Shown: positions 30,464-39,072 of the stretch, one piece after another
How positions within the stretch are numbered: position 1 is the first letter of the stretch
Layout: each line of letters starts with the position of its first letter
Source of the DNA: an uncultured Anaerolineaceae bacterium
GTDB taxonomy: Bacteria > Chloroflexota > Anaerolineae > Aggregatilineales > Aggregatilineaceae
DNA: 64,000 nt
Reading direction: 5' to 3'
Assembly: GCA_964472565.1 (NCBI GenBank)
Contig: CAYYNB010000010.1
Location: 253 to 64,252, forward strand
Position numbers and translations under genes: made by a program
The notes under the pieces: model-generated
What the model was told of the DNA's origin: nothing
Databases searched by the model: none
What the model saw: the letters and a program-made list of their open reading frames with translations, nothing else

Positions 30464-32293
30464 ATGTCTGAAATAGACTTTGAGCCTGTTGGCAAACGCA
30501 TCGAGGTAGTCACAGGGACAACACTCTTGGATGCTGCGCGGCTTTCCGGTGTCGAACTGACTTCAGATTGTGGCGGTCAGGGTAGATGTGGGCAGTGTCG
30601 AATTGCCGTGATTGAGGGTGCAGTTACAAGTCCTAACGCCTCTGAAAAATCCATACTTACTGATGCTGAACTGAATCGTGGCGAGCGGTTGGCTTGCTGT
30701 GTCCATGCCGAGGGTGATGTCAAAGTACATATCCCGAAACGCTCACTGGTCATGGACCAGCGGCTGCAAATTTCGGGAATTGAGCAAACAGTAACGCTTG
30801 ACCCGATAATCCAAAATTATCCGATCGCCGCGCCCGCGCCCAACCTACAAGATTTACGAGCCGATACACAGCGGATTATTGATACCTTGGAGCTAACTCA
30901 CAATCTGTTTAGCTTAAGTATTGATCCCTTTGTAGTCAGACAGATTTCTCAAAACGCCAGAATAGTTGACTGGCAAATGACGGTAACCATTCGTGAGGAC
31001 GAGATAATCGGGATTGCACCCATTGATGCCAGGCCGGTTGGTCTGGCTGTAGACCTGGGAACAACCAAAATCGCCGCCCATCTGGTCGATTTGGAGCACG
31101 GTCACGATCTGGCTGTTGCCGGGATCATGAACCCGCAAATTGGATATGGAGAGGATGTCATCAGCCGTCTGGTTTTCACACGCCGGAATGAGGGTGGCGC
31201 TCAGATGCTGGCAACTATGATCCGTTCGGCACTGGATGAACTGCTCGGCGATTTGCTCCAACGAGCGGGTGTCGAACGTGAGCAGGTAGCTGATATGTGC
31301 ATTGTGGGTAACACGGCAATGACACATCTCCTGCTGCAATTCCCTGTAAATCAACTGGCCGCAGCGCCCTATGTGGCCGCCAGTGAGACCGCGTTGGACA
31401 TTAAAGCGCGTGACTTAAATCTGCGTACTGCGCCTGGAGCTTACGTGCATATTCTGCCGGGCATCGGCGGCTTTGTAGGGGCCGATCATGTTGCAATGAT
31501 CCTTGCCAGTGACCTGGATCATACTGATCGGGTAACGCTTGGGATTGATATTGGCACCAATACTGAGATCACACTGGCGCAACCGGGTGAAGGCTTTTTG
31601 GCGGCTGTCTCTTGTGCATCTGGTCCGGCTTTTGAAGGTGCGCATATCAGCGACGGTATGCGGGCGACCTCCGGTGCAATTGAGGCGGTGAGACTGACTG
31701 ATACGCACATCCAACTCCAAACGATCGATGATGCGCCTGCCATTGGCCTTTGTGGATCCGGTATTGTGGATGCAATTGCAGAACTTCATCGCTGGAATCT
31801 CATCAACGCACATGGTCGCCTCGACCGCAGCAGCAGCCGGGTATATGAAGGGCGACACGGGCCGGAGTTCTTATTGGTGCATGAAAAACAAAGCGGCGGT
31901 CAGCGTGATATTGTCATTTCACAGAAAGATATAAACGAGATTCAGTTGGCAAAAGGCGCTGTCCGGGCCGGGCTGGATGTACTGCTGGATAGTGCCGGGA
32001 TCAGCTATGAGGAAGTTGAGACAGTATTGATTGCCGGTGCATTTGGAACTTATCTTAATCTGCAAAGTGCCCTGGCGATTGGTCTACTTCCCGATTTCCC
32101 TCATGCTGAATACCGCCAAATCGGGAATGCAGCGGTGTTAGGCGCAAAACGGGCGCTGGTATCTCGACAAGAACGAGAGCGGGCGCGCCAGATTGCAAAA
32201 CAGACGCAATACATTGAACTGACAACCAACCCTCGATTTAAACGTTTGTTTGCATATGGCATGCTTTTCCCTGATGAAATTCGGACCCCATAA
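30464..32293 (+). CDS. Corrinoid activation/regeneration protein (RACo-type: 2Fe-2S ferredoxin domain + ASKHA ATPase/DUF4445)
   Basis: N-terminal CGGQGRCGQCRI...LACC plant-type ferredoxin cysteines. C-terminal DLGTTK / DIGTNTE sugar-kinase/actin-fold phosphate loops. Confidence 0.85.
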   Translation: MSEIDFEPVGKRIEVVTGTTLLDAARLSGVELTSDCGGQGRCGQCRIAVIEGAVTSPNASEKSILTDAELNRGERLACCVHAEGDVKVHIPKRSLVMDQRLQISGIEQTVTLDPIIQNYPIAAPAPNLQDLRADTQRIIDTLELTHNLFSLSIDPFVVRQISQNARIVDWQMTVTIREDEIIGIAPIDARPVGLAVDLGTTKIAAHLVDLEHGHDLAVAGIMNPQIGYGEDVISRLVFTRRNEGGAQMLATMIRSALDELLGDLLQRAGVEREQVADMCIVGNTAMTHLLLQFPVNQLAAAPYVAASETALDIKARDLNLRTAPGAYVHILPGIGGFVGADHVAMILASDLDHTDRVTLGIDIGTNTEITLAQPGEGFLAAVSCASGPAFEGAHISDGMRATSGAIEAVRLTDTHIQLQTIDDAPAIGLCGSGIVDAIAELHRWNLINAHGRLDRSSSRVYEGRHGPEFLLVHEKQSGGQRDIVISQKDINEIQLAKGAVRAGLDVLLDSAGISYEEVETVLIAGAFGTYLNLQSALAIGLLPDFPHAEYRQIGNAAVLGAKRALVSRQERERARQIAKQTQYIELTTNPRFKRLFAYGMLFPDEIRTP

Positions 32294-32306
32294 GAAAGGA
32301 GTTTTT

Positions 32307-33101
32307 ATGCAAATTATTGGTGAGAAAATTAATGGCACGCGCAAGCGGGTTGCCCAGGCTATCGCCGAACGGGACGTCGAATATATCAAGAACCTGGCAG
32401 CGAAACAGGCCGAGGCGGGTTCACATTGGCTTGATGTGAACGCTGGTACGCACCCTGATCGGGAGATAGACGATCTCATCTGGCTTATTGAACAGGTGCA
32501 GGCAGTCACTGACATACCGCTCTGTCTTGACAGTGCTAATCCCAAAGCGCTGACCGCCGCAATCGAGGTGGTTAACAAAACGCCGATGATTAATTCGATC
32601 AGCGGGGAGCCGGAACGACTAAAAAACATGGCGCCTATCGTTGCGGAGCATGGATGTCAGGTAATCGCTCTGTCGATGGATGAAAAGGCAATACCCGAAA
32701 CCAGCCAGGAACGCCTGAATATCATCCGCCGTTTGATCGAATACACGCGTACCAGCGGCATCCCGGATGCTAACGTTTATGTTGATACACTGGCCATGAC
32801 GATTGGAACCAATACCAACAGCGCGGTGATCGCGCTTGACACCATGCGTCAGGTTCGCCAGGAATTTCCCGATGCTCATCTCACCATCGGACTGAGCAAC
32901 ATCTCATTCGGGTTACCGGCGCGCGCCTATATCAACCGCACATTTTTAACGTTGGCGATGCAGGCTGGTTTGGACAGCGCCATCTTAGATCCACTGGATT
33001 CAGAAATACGTGCCGCTGTTCTTGCCACCGAATTGGTGTTAGGCCGTGATAAACATTGTCTAAATTTCGTCCGCGCGTCACGTGCCGGAGTCTTTGACTA
33101 G
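32307..33101 (+). CDS. Methyltetrahydrofolate:corrinoid methyltransferase (pterin-binding, MT-II)
   Basis: AAAGGAG RBS. IIGEKINGTRK; LDVNAG; CLDS; NSIS; GLSNISFGLP, typical of the MeTr/AcsE-type pterin-binding barrel. Confidence 0.85.
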   Translation: MQIIGEKINGTRKRVAQAIAERDVEYIKNLAAKQAEAGSHWLDVNAGTHPDREIDDLIWLIEQVQAVTDIPLCLDSANPKALTAAIEVVNKTPMINSISGEPERLKNMAPIVAEHGCQVIALSMDEKAIPETSQERLNIIRRLIEYTRTSGIPDANVYVDTLAMTIGTNTNSAVIALDTMRQVRQEFPDAHLTIGLSNISFGLPARAYINRTFLTLAMQAGLDSAILDPLDSEIRAAVLATELVLGRDKHCLNFVRASRAGVFD

Positions 33102-33175
33102 GAGGGGAGCTATCGACAGAAATTAAGGACTTCATGTGCCATAAAAAAGCCTTTCATAAGTAAAAGGATTGGACT

Positions 33176-33799
33176 ATGTTACAGAAACTGATAGACGCTA
33201 TTACCGAAATGCGCGAGGAAGACGCGCTGAAAATCACCGATGAACTCATCGCCAGCAAGACAGACCCGCTGAAGATTCTGGAAGCCTGTCGCAAGGCGAT
33301 GGAGATCATTGGAGCGCGTTTTGAAACGGGTGACTGTTTTGTACCCGAACTGATGCTGGCTGGTGAGGTGCTCAAGGAGATCACAGAAAAAGTCAAGCCC
33401 ATGATGACCGGAGCTGCGGAAGCGAAAAAGCTCGGCTCGATCGTGTTGGGCACCGTCGAGGGCGACATCCATGATATTGCAAAAGATATTGTGGCCTTCA
33501 TGCTGGATATCAACGGTTTTGCGGTGACAGATCTGGGTGTAGACGTGCCGCCCGCAAAGTTTGTCAAGGCCGTCCAAGAAACCGGCGCAACGATAGTTGG
33601 GCTGAGTGGTTTCCTGACATTGGCCTATGATCCGATGAAAGCTACTGTTGTTGCCCTGAAAGAAGCCGGACTGAATGTGAAAGTCATGATCGGCGGCGGT
33701 CAGATCGATGAGCAAATCCGCGAGTACACTGGCGCTGACGCTTACGGACGCGATGCTATGGCAGCCGTCAGCCTGGCGAAGCAGTGGACAGGAGGTTAA
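33176..33799 (+). CDS. Corrinoid (B12-binding) protein
   Basis: 207 aa. N-terminal helical cap plus a Rossmann B12 domain with GDIHDIAKDIV (a DxHxxG-type loop, with Ala in place of Gly), SGFLT and GGG. Confidence 0.9.
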   Translation: MLQKLIDAITEMREEDALKITDELIASKTDPLKILEACRKAMEIIGARFETGDCFVPELMLAGEVLKEITEKVKPMMTGAAEAKKLGSIVLGTVEGDIHDIAKDIVAFMLDINGFAVTDLGVDVPPAKFVKAVQETGATIVGLSGFLTLAYDPMKATVVALKEAGLNVKVMIGGGQIDEQIREYTGADAYGRDAMAAVSLAKQWTGG

Positions 33800-33802
33800 G
33801 AG

Positions 33803-35152
33803 ATGTTCACCATACCTGAAAACTGGAATAAACTGTCACCAAAAGAGCGGCAAGAAGCCCGCCTCCAAAGCTGGGCGCTAGCCAAAATCGAGTTTGCCAG
33901 CCCTGCGGCAGAACAGGGATACCGTCAGCGCGCCAAGATGATCAAAGATGTTATTCAGTTGAAAAAACCTGAACGTATCCCAATCGTACCCTGGTGGGGT
34001 GTCTATCCTGCTCACTATGCCGGGATCACCGTTCAAGAAGCCATGTACGATTACGGTAAGCTCGGCGACGCCTGGAAAAAATTCAATGCCGACTTTATGC
34101 CCGATGCGCTGGTAAGCGCGGCATTGATTGGACCGGGCAAGGTTTTTGACATGCTCGATTACAAAATCTATCGCTGGCCCGGTCACGGCACGCCACCCGA
34201 CAGCTCGTACCAGTGTGTTGAAGGCGAATACATGGCATCTAATGATTACGATGCTTTTATTACTGATCCGAGTAATTACTTTATGCGCAGTTACCTGCCG
34301 CATGTTCTGGGGGCGTTGGGACCGTGGCAGATGCTTGGACCCTGGACCGACATTATCGAGATGCCTTTCGTCGGACTCGGCTTGATTCCGGCGGGCATAC
34401 CGGATGTGCAGGCCGCATTTAAGACCTTCCTGGAAGCAGGTCAGGCCGTTATGGAATGGATTTCGGCTGTGGGACCAATTGAGGGAGCATCCATCGCCGG
34501 GCTGGGTCTGCCAAGCACAACGGGCGGTTTTACTAAGGCCCCATTCGACACCCTGGGTGATACGATGCGCGGCACGCGGGGCATCATGCTGGATATGTAC
34601 CGCCAGCCAGATAAACTGCTTACAGCCCTGGATCGCTTGGTTCCGATTGCGATTGAGATGGGCGTGCGGAATGCTAACGCCAACGATAATCCGCTGATCT
34701 TCATGCCGCTGCACAAGGGAGCAGACGGTTTCATGTCGAACAAGGATTTCGCAAAATTCTACTGGCCGACCTTGAAGGCCGTTATTCTGGGATTGATCGA
34801 AGCCGGCACGATTCCCTATCTGTTCGTTGAGGGTGGTTATAACCAACGCCTGGATATCATAGCCGATCCCGACATTCCGGCTGGGCACACGGTCTGGCTG
34901 TTCGACCAAACGGATATGCGAGAAGTTAAAAAGAAGCTGGGTGGTTGGGCCTGTTTTGGTGGCAACGTACCCGGTTCGCTGCTGAAAGCCGGAACACCGG
35001 AAGAAGTGGCCAATTATGTCAAAAAACTGATCGATGATGTCGCTCAGGATGGCGGCTATATTCTGGCTAACGGCGCGGTTCTCGACGACAGCACCCCCGA
35101 AAATGTTCACGCCATGATTGATACCGCAAAACAATACGGTGTCTATCGCTGA
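33803..35152 (+). CDS. Uroporphyrinogen-decarboxylase-family methyltransferase (substrate:corrinoid MT-I; substrate unknown)
   Basis: 449 aa. URO-D-like barrel. Position and size fit the MT-I component of three-component O-demethylase-type systems. Confidence 0.75.
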   Translation: MFTIPENWNKLSPKERQEARLQSWALAKIEFASPAAEQGYRQRAKMIKDVIQLKKPERIPIVPWWGVYPAHYAGITVQEAMYDYGKLGDAWKKFNADFMPDALVSAALIGPGKVFDMLDYKIYRWPGHGTPPDSSYQCVEGEYMASNDYDAFITDPSNYFMRSYLPHVLGALGPWQMLGPWTDIIEMPFVGLGLIPAGIPDVQAAFKTFLEAGQAVMEWISAVGPIEGASIAGLGLPSTTGGFTKAPFDTLGDTMRGTRGIMLDMYRQPDKLLTALDRLVPIAIEMGVRNANANDNPLIFMPLHKGADGFMSNKDFAKFYWPTLKAVILGLIEAGTIPYLFVEGGYNQRLDIIADPDIPAGHTVWLFDQTDMREVKKKLGGWACFGGNVPGSLLKAGTPEEVANYVKKLIDDVAQDGGYILANGAVLDDSTPENVHAMIDTAKQYGVYR

Positions 35153-35382
35153 TCCACAGAAAAACCGGATCTGGCGCTTTCCCATTGGAAGCTTGCGAGA
35201 TCCGGTAATGGTTGCGGCCAAAAACGATACCCTATGGTAAAGTCAGACGGCGGAACCAAACATGCTCCTACCATTCACAGCAATTGGCCTACTAGGGCCT
35301 TATGCTAGTTTTTTTCTAGGCCGGGAAAGCGTGATCGTTCGAGGAATGGGAAAGGAGAGGTAAACTTGGGGAGGAGGAGAAA

Positions 35383-36111
35383 ATGCGGATCAGTGTGCGC
35401 TTGCCCCAAGTGAACCCCACAAAATATCACGAAACAGAACAGTGTCCGTATGGATGTGGCGGTCAGCAATTCAAGCGGCACGGGATCAAGGGCGAACACA
35501 AAGTTCTACGGGACTTGGACCACAATGAGGTATGCAGCTACCGACTGAAATGCCTACGGTGCCAACGGACCTTTCGGGTCTATCCGCAGGGCGTGAGCAA
35601 GGGAGCGCAGCAGAGTGAGCGGCTGAAAGGCATGAGTGTGCTGTTGTATGTGCTGGGGTTGAGTTATGGCGCGGTTGCGGATTTTCTCACGGCCTTGGGT
35701 CTGGAAATTGGAAAGACAACGGTGTATGAGAATGTGCAAGCGGCAGGGATGAAGTCCCGTCAGCGTCAAAGCCAAGCGGTCGAACGGAGTAAGAAACGCG
35801 CGGTGATTGGCACGGACGGAACCTATGTGAAAGTCAAAGGGGAGAAGGTCGGATTGCAGGTCGTGGTGGATGACCGGACGGGCGACCTGTTGGGCTTGGA
35901 CCTGATCGTGAGCGAAGAAAAAGAAGAGGTGGTGGACCTGATCCGTGTGGTAGCGGCGCAGGTTAAAGCCGAAGTGATGGTGAGTGACGACGGGGGCAGC
36001 TATCAGGAAGTCGCGGACGAACTGGGCCTCGACCATCAACTCTGTCGCAGTCATGTGCAGCGCAATGTCGATGAAATCGCCGACAGCTTGCGAACGGACG
36101 CGGGCGCCTGA
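35383..36111 (+). CDS. DDE transposase with N-terminal zinc ribbon (IS6-like by motif), probably C-terminally truncated
   Basis: CPYGCGG..CLRCQRTF zinc ribbon; TDGTYVKVKGEKVGL...VSDDGGSY...HVQRNVDE resembles the DDE spacing of IS6-type enzymes. The ORF ends abruptly inside the IS982-like element. Confidence 0.55.
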   Translation: MRISVRLPQVNPTKYHETEQCPYGCGGQQFKRHGIKGEHKVLRDLDHNEVCSYRLKCLRCQRTFRVYPQGVSKGAQQSERLKGMSVLLYVLGLSYGAVADFLTALGLEIGKTTVYENVQAAGMKSRQRQSQAVERSKKRAVIGTDGTYVKVKGEKVGLQVVVDDRTGDLLGLDLIVSEEKEEVVDLIRVVAAQVKAEVMVSDDGGSYQEVADELGLDHQLCRSHVQRNVDEIADSLRTDAGA

Positions 36112-36782
36112 GTTTTCTGGTTAGCACGAGGCAGGGTCAAGAGCCGCAGGCGATTAGCGCGCAGCAACTCAGCCGCGACAACGGCGCTGATGTAGCCTTT
36201 GTCGCCATATACCGTCAAGTCCGTGTGTTGCTCCAACAACTCAACACTCACTTTCAAATCCCCCTCATTGGCGGGGGCCAGTTCAAAATCCAGAATCACC
36301 CCGCCCCGGGTAATCAACAGATGCAGCTTGTAGCCGAAGATCGTGAGCTTCTTGGACGACACCTTGCCAAAGGTTGCTCCATGCGTCGACCAATCCCCCG
36401 TCGAACCAGGGACCAGATGAAATTGCACCGCCGGAATGGGCAAGCTGTCAATGGCACACTGCCGGTCCGGGATCACATCCAACCGCTGCAAAACGGCCTG
36501 ACGGATCAGATTGATCGCTCCCATCAAGTTACGCCGCCGCCGATTGAACCGGCTTTGGCAGGGAAGGCGCGGAAACAGGTCGCCATGTTCTCCCCAGTAA
36601 CTGAGCATATCGGTTTCCAAGTCCCACCCGCGACATTCGCCGACCAGAGCCATCGTGATCAGTTCACTGTCGCTGCATTCCGGTGCTGGTCCTCAGCGCT
36701 TGAGCAGCGGCGCTATTTGTTGCATAACATCATCGACCATCACATACACGTACAGGCAAAAATCATCAAAACTGTCTATCAT
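36051..36782 (-). pseudogene. IS982-family transposase pseudogene (in-frame TGA at 36693-36695, C-terminus missing)
   Basis: Own translation gives MIDSFDDFCLYVYVMVDDVMQQIAPLLKR*GPAPECSDSELITMALVGECRGW...IDSLPIPAV...GYKLHLL...GDKGYIS. It stops matching the 3' remnant at about residue 240. Confidence 0.7.
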
Positions 36783-37251
36783 TGGGGTGTCTCCTGGTCG
36801 GCTTGGAATGAGTTTGGATGCTCTACTCCATACCTTACCGGGAGACTGCGTTTTATTCAACGAAAACTAGCATAAGGGCCAAGTAGGCAAAAAGGGGCCA
36901 ACCAGAGGTCAGGAGCTTACACAACTAATCCAAACAGTCCGGCGATGAACTGCTGTTGGGTTTGGCTATTTCCCTTTTCAACGCCTTCGATTTGTCCCTT
37001 CCTGATCATATGTATGACTTCGTAACGAACTTGGTTTCGCCCAGATAGGGGATCAAATCCTGCGCCAGCATCAAGGTTAGCCTCTCACCGTTCCTGAACT
37101 CCGGCTTGCTGAACGGTTTCCCGTTCAGCAAGCTCTGTCCCATGAGTTGGTGCCAGTTGTAAACCTCAGTAAACGACCAGGTCCACCGGAGTGCTTTTTC
37201 ACGCCTCATCAGTCGGTTTTTCACCACTAACTCAAAAAAGATAACCCGCTA

Positions 37252-37626
37252 TTAGCCTTCTCGTTCAAGCTGCTGTCGATAATAGTCCCGATAGTGAGCA
37301 ATCTTGCCGCTTATTAATTCAAGATGCCGACCAAGTTCCTCGATCTTCTGTTTTACTCTGGTTTGGTGTTCTTCAAGTAAGGACAGCCGCTGCATTACTG
37401 TGCTGTCCCCTTGTTGGGCGAGTTCAACATAACGCTGGATGTCCGCAATGGGCATTCCAGAAGCACGCAATTGGATCACGAAAACGATCCGGTACACATC
37501 GTCCTCGGAATAAAGACGATGCCCGTTCTGCTGGCGGGAGATAGGTGCGACCAGTCCAATTTGTTCGTAATAGCGTAGGGTGTGAATGCTCAACCCGGTC
37601 TCCACTGATACTTCTTGAATTCGCAT
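37252..37626 (-). CDS. MerR-family transcriptional regulator
   Basis: 124 aa. MRIQEVSVETGLSIHTLRYYEQIGLV HTH plus a coiled-coil dimerisation helix. Confidence 0.9.
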   Translation of the reverse strand: MRIQEVSVETGLSIHTLRYYEQIGLVAPISRQQNGHRLYSEDDVYRIVFVIQLRASGMPIADIQRYVELAQQGDSTVMQRLSLLEEHQTRVKQKIEELGRHLELISGKIAHYRDYYRQQLEREG

Positions 37627-37638
37627 AAAACACTCCCT

Positions 37639-38622
37639 TTACCGTCCCAGAATCTGATCAATCTGATCCATCTGATCGATGGTTAGTGGGCCAAAGTTCA
37701 TTGCCTGAATATTTTCTTCGACTTGAGCCACCGTCCGAAAGCCGGGGATGGGGATGGTGCGTTCGCTGCGGGACCAGATCCAGGCCAACGCACCCTGAAC
37801 CAGTGTTCGCCCGCCGCTAGTCAGTACCTCACGGAGATCAGGGAGTTTTGTCAAAGCTGTAACATACCATTCGGGGTGGCGTGTTCGGAAATCTTGGGCT
37901 GCTAACACTGTATCCAGATTCTCCGGCGTATATTTGCCGCTGAGAAATCCACCGGCTAGTGGCCCCCGAATGATACCTGCCTGATCATAACGATCACAGA
38001 CGGCCAGCATTCTTGGCGCGTCGCCCACGACATTCAGGTGAAGTTGGATCGCCGTGCCATGCTCTCCCTGAGCAAAAAAACTGGCCCGTTCGAGATCGTC
38101 CGTGCTCCAACCATAAAAGCGGATTTTACCCTCTGAGACGAGAGTCTCCAGGATGTCGCGCACTTCTCCGGCCTGATCGAGGGGAAAGTCCATTAAGTGA
38201 AACTGGTACAGGTCGATATAATCAGTATTCAATCGCCGCAGACTGGCCTCGCATTCGCGGTGCAGGTTCTGGATCACTTCTTCCGGACTGGTATAAAGCC
38301 CAAACCAGTTTCTCTCCTCTTCGACCTTTTTGCCGAACTTGGTCGCCAGGATGACCTGATCCCGGCAGTGTGCAAAAGCACGACCGAGTAACCGCTCACT
38401 TTTCCCAGCCCCGTAGGCGGCGGCGGTGTCATAGAAAGTAACGCCGCTAGCCAGGGCAAGATGGAGCGCCCGCAGTGATTCGGAGTCGTCAACTTCGCCC
38501 AAATAAAACAGATGGTCCGTCCCGGTTTCGCCCCGTATCATAGAACCGCCGATAGACATACATCCCAGTCCTAATGCGCCCACCTCAAGCTTACTTCTTC
38601 CAAGCAGTCGTTTTTGCAGCAT
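37639..38622 (-). CDS. Aldo/keto reductase
   Basis: 327 aa. LGLGCMSIGG; FYDTAAAYG; DLYQFH; IPIPGFR, typical AKR motifs. Confidence 0.9.
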   Translation of the reverse strand: MLQKRLLGRSKLEVGALGLGCMSIGGSMIRGETGTDHLFYLGEVDDSESLRALHLALASGVTFYDTAAAYGAGKSERLLGRAFAHCRDQVILATKFGKKVEEERNWFGLYTSPEEVIQNLHRECEASLRRLNTDYIDLYQFHLMDFPLDQAGEVRDILETLVSEGKIRFYGWSTDDLERASFFAQGEHGTAIQLHLNVVGDAPRMLAVCDRYDQAGIIRGPLAGGFLSGKYTPENLDTVLAAQDFRTRHPEWYVTALTKLPDLREVLTSGGRTLVQGALAWIWSRSERTIPIPGFRTVAQVEENIQAMNFGPLTIDQMDQIDQILGR

Positions 38623-38662
38623 GTTTTCTCTTTTTCACTCACCATGTCTATTTAACATTTCT

Positions 38663-38694
38663 ATGCTACAACCTTGAGTGAACTCTAGGTCAAG
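38663..38694 (-). promoter_or_regulatory. MerR-type promoter with 19-bp spacer and internal dyad
   Basis: Minus strand reads TTGACC (38693-38688) - 19 nt - TAGCAT (38668-38663). Dyad CTTGA-N12-TCAAG (38673-38694) spans the spacer. It lies 41 nt upstream of the AKR start. Confidence 0.5.
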
Positions 38695-39072
38695 CATGAA
38701 TTTTCAGGTAGTGGTGAACTACTGACTGATGCACGCTTGATTGGCCACATTTCGGGCAAGTCAATCCATAATTGAGGCGAGAAATAGCCCGTACCCCTAA
38801 AACAGGCCCTATGTGGGCTGTATGCCGTCGAAATCTTTGGGACAGAGGCGGGCCACAACTTCCGGAGTCAGTTGAGGCTCTTCACCGTAAATCTATGCCA
38901 AGTGAATTCCGACGCACAAGCGGACTTTCCACGCGAAAAGATGCGGAATGTGGACACTTTGCATGGGGCAAAGTGTCTTGGGCGTACATCGCACGGGGGA
39001 TCGTGTTGTGCTTGCAGCTTGAGCCTCTCTCTGTTCGGCGAATAGTGGTGCGTCAATTCAGACCACACGGTG

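Larger units (their letters stand above)
35287..36888 (-). mobile_element. IS982-like insertion sequence, disrupted (inverted terminal repeats present, transposase broken and partly replaced)
   Basis: Inverted repeats GCCTACTAGGGCCTTATGCTAG (35287-35308) and CTAGCATAAGGGCCAAGTAGGC (36867-36888). 1.6 kb, versus about 1 kb expected for this IS type. Confidence 0.65.

Noticed and set aside
33878-35221. A 447-aa ORF on the minus strand covering the whole URO-D-family methyltransferase gene
   Set aside because: It is an antisense shadow frame. Its composition is not protein-like (rich in R/H/Q/C, no motifs, no RBS), while the plus-strand gene has a clear family signature and operon context. The same applies to 33179-33715 (-), which lies over the corrinoid protein gene.
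36225-36875. A 216-aa plus-strand ORF (and 35554-36054 on the minus strand) within the IS region
   Set aside because: Both are antisense to recognisable transposase reading frames and contain no motifs.
37006-37227. A 73-aa minus-strand ORF between the IS element and merR
   Set aside because: Only vague resemblance to the C-terminal end of integrase-core or IS6-type transposases. It is treated as IS debris inside the nested-IS finding rather than as a gene.
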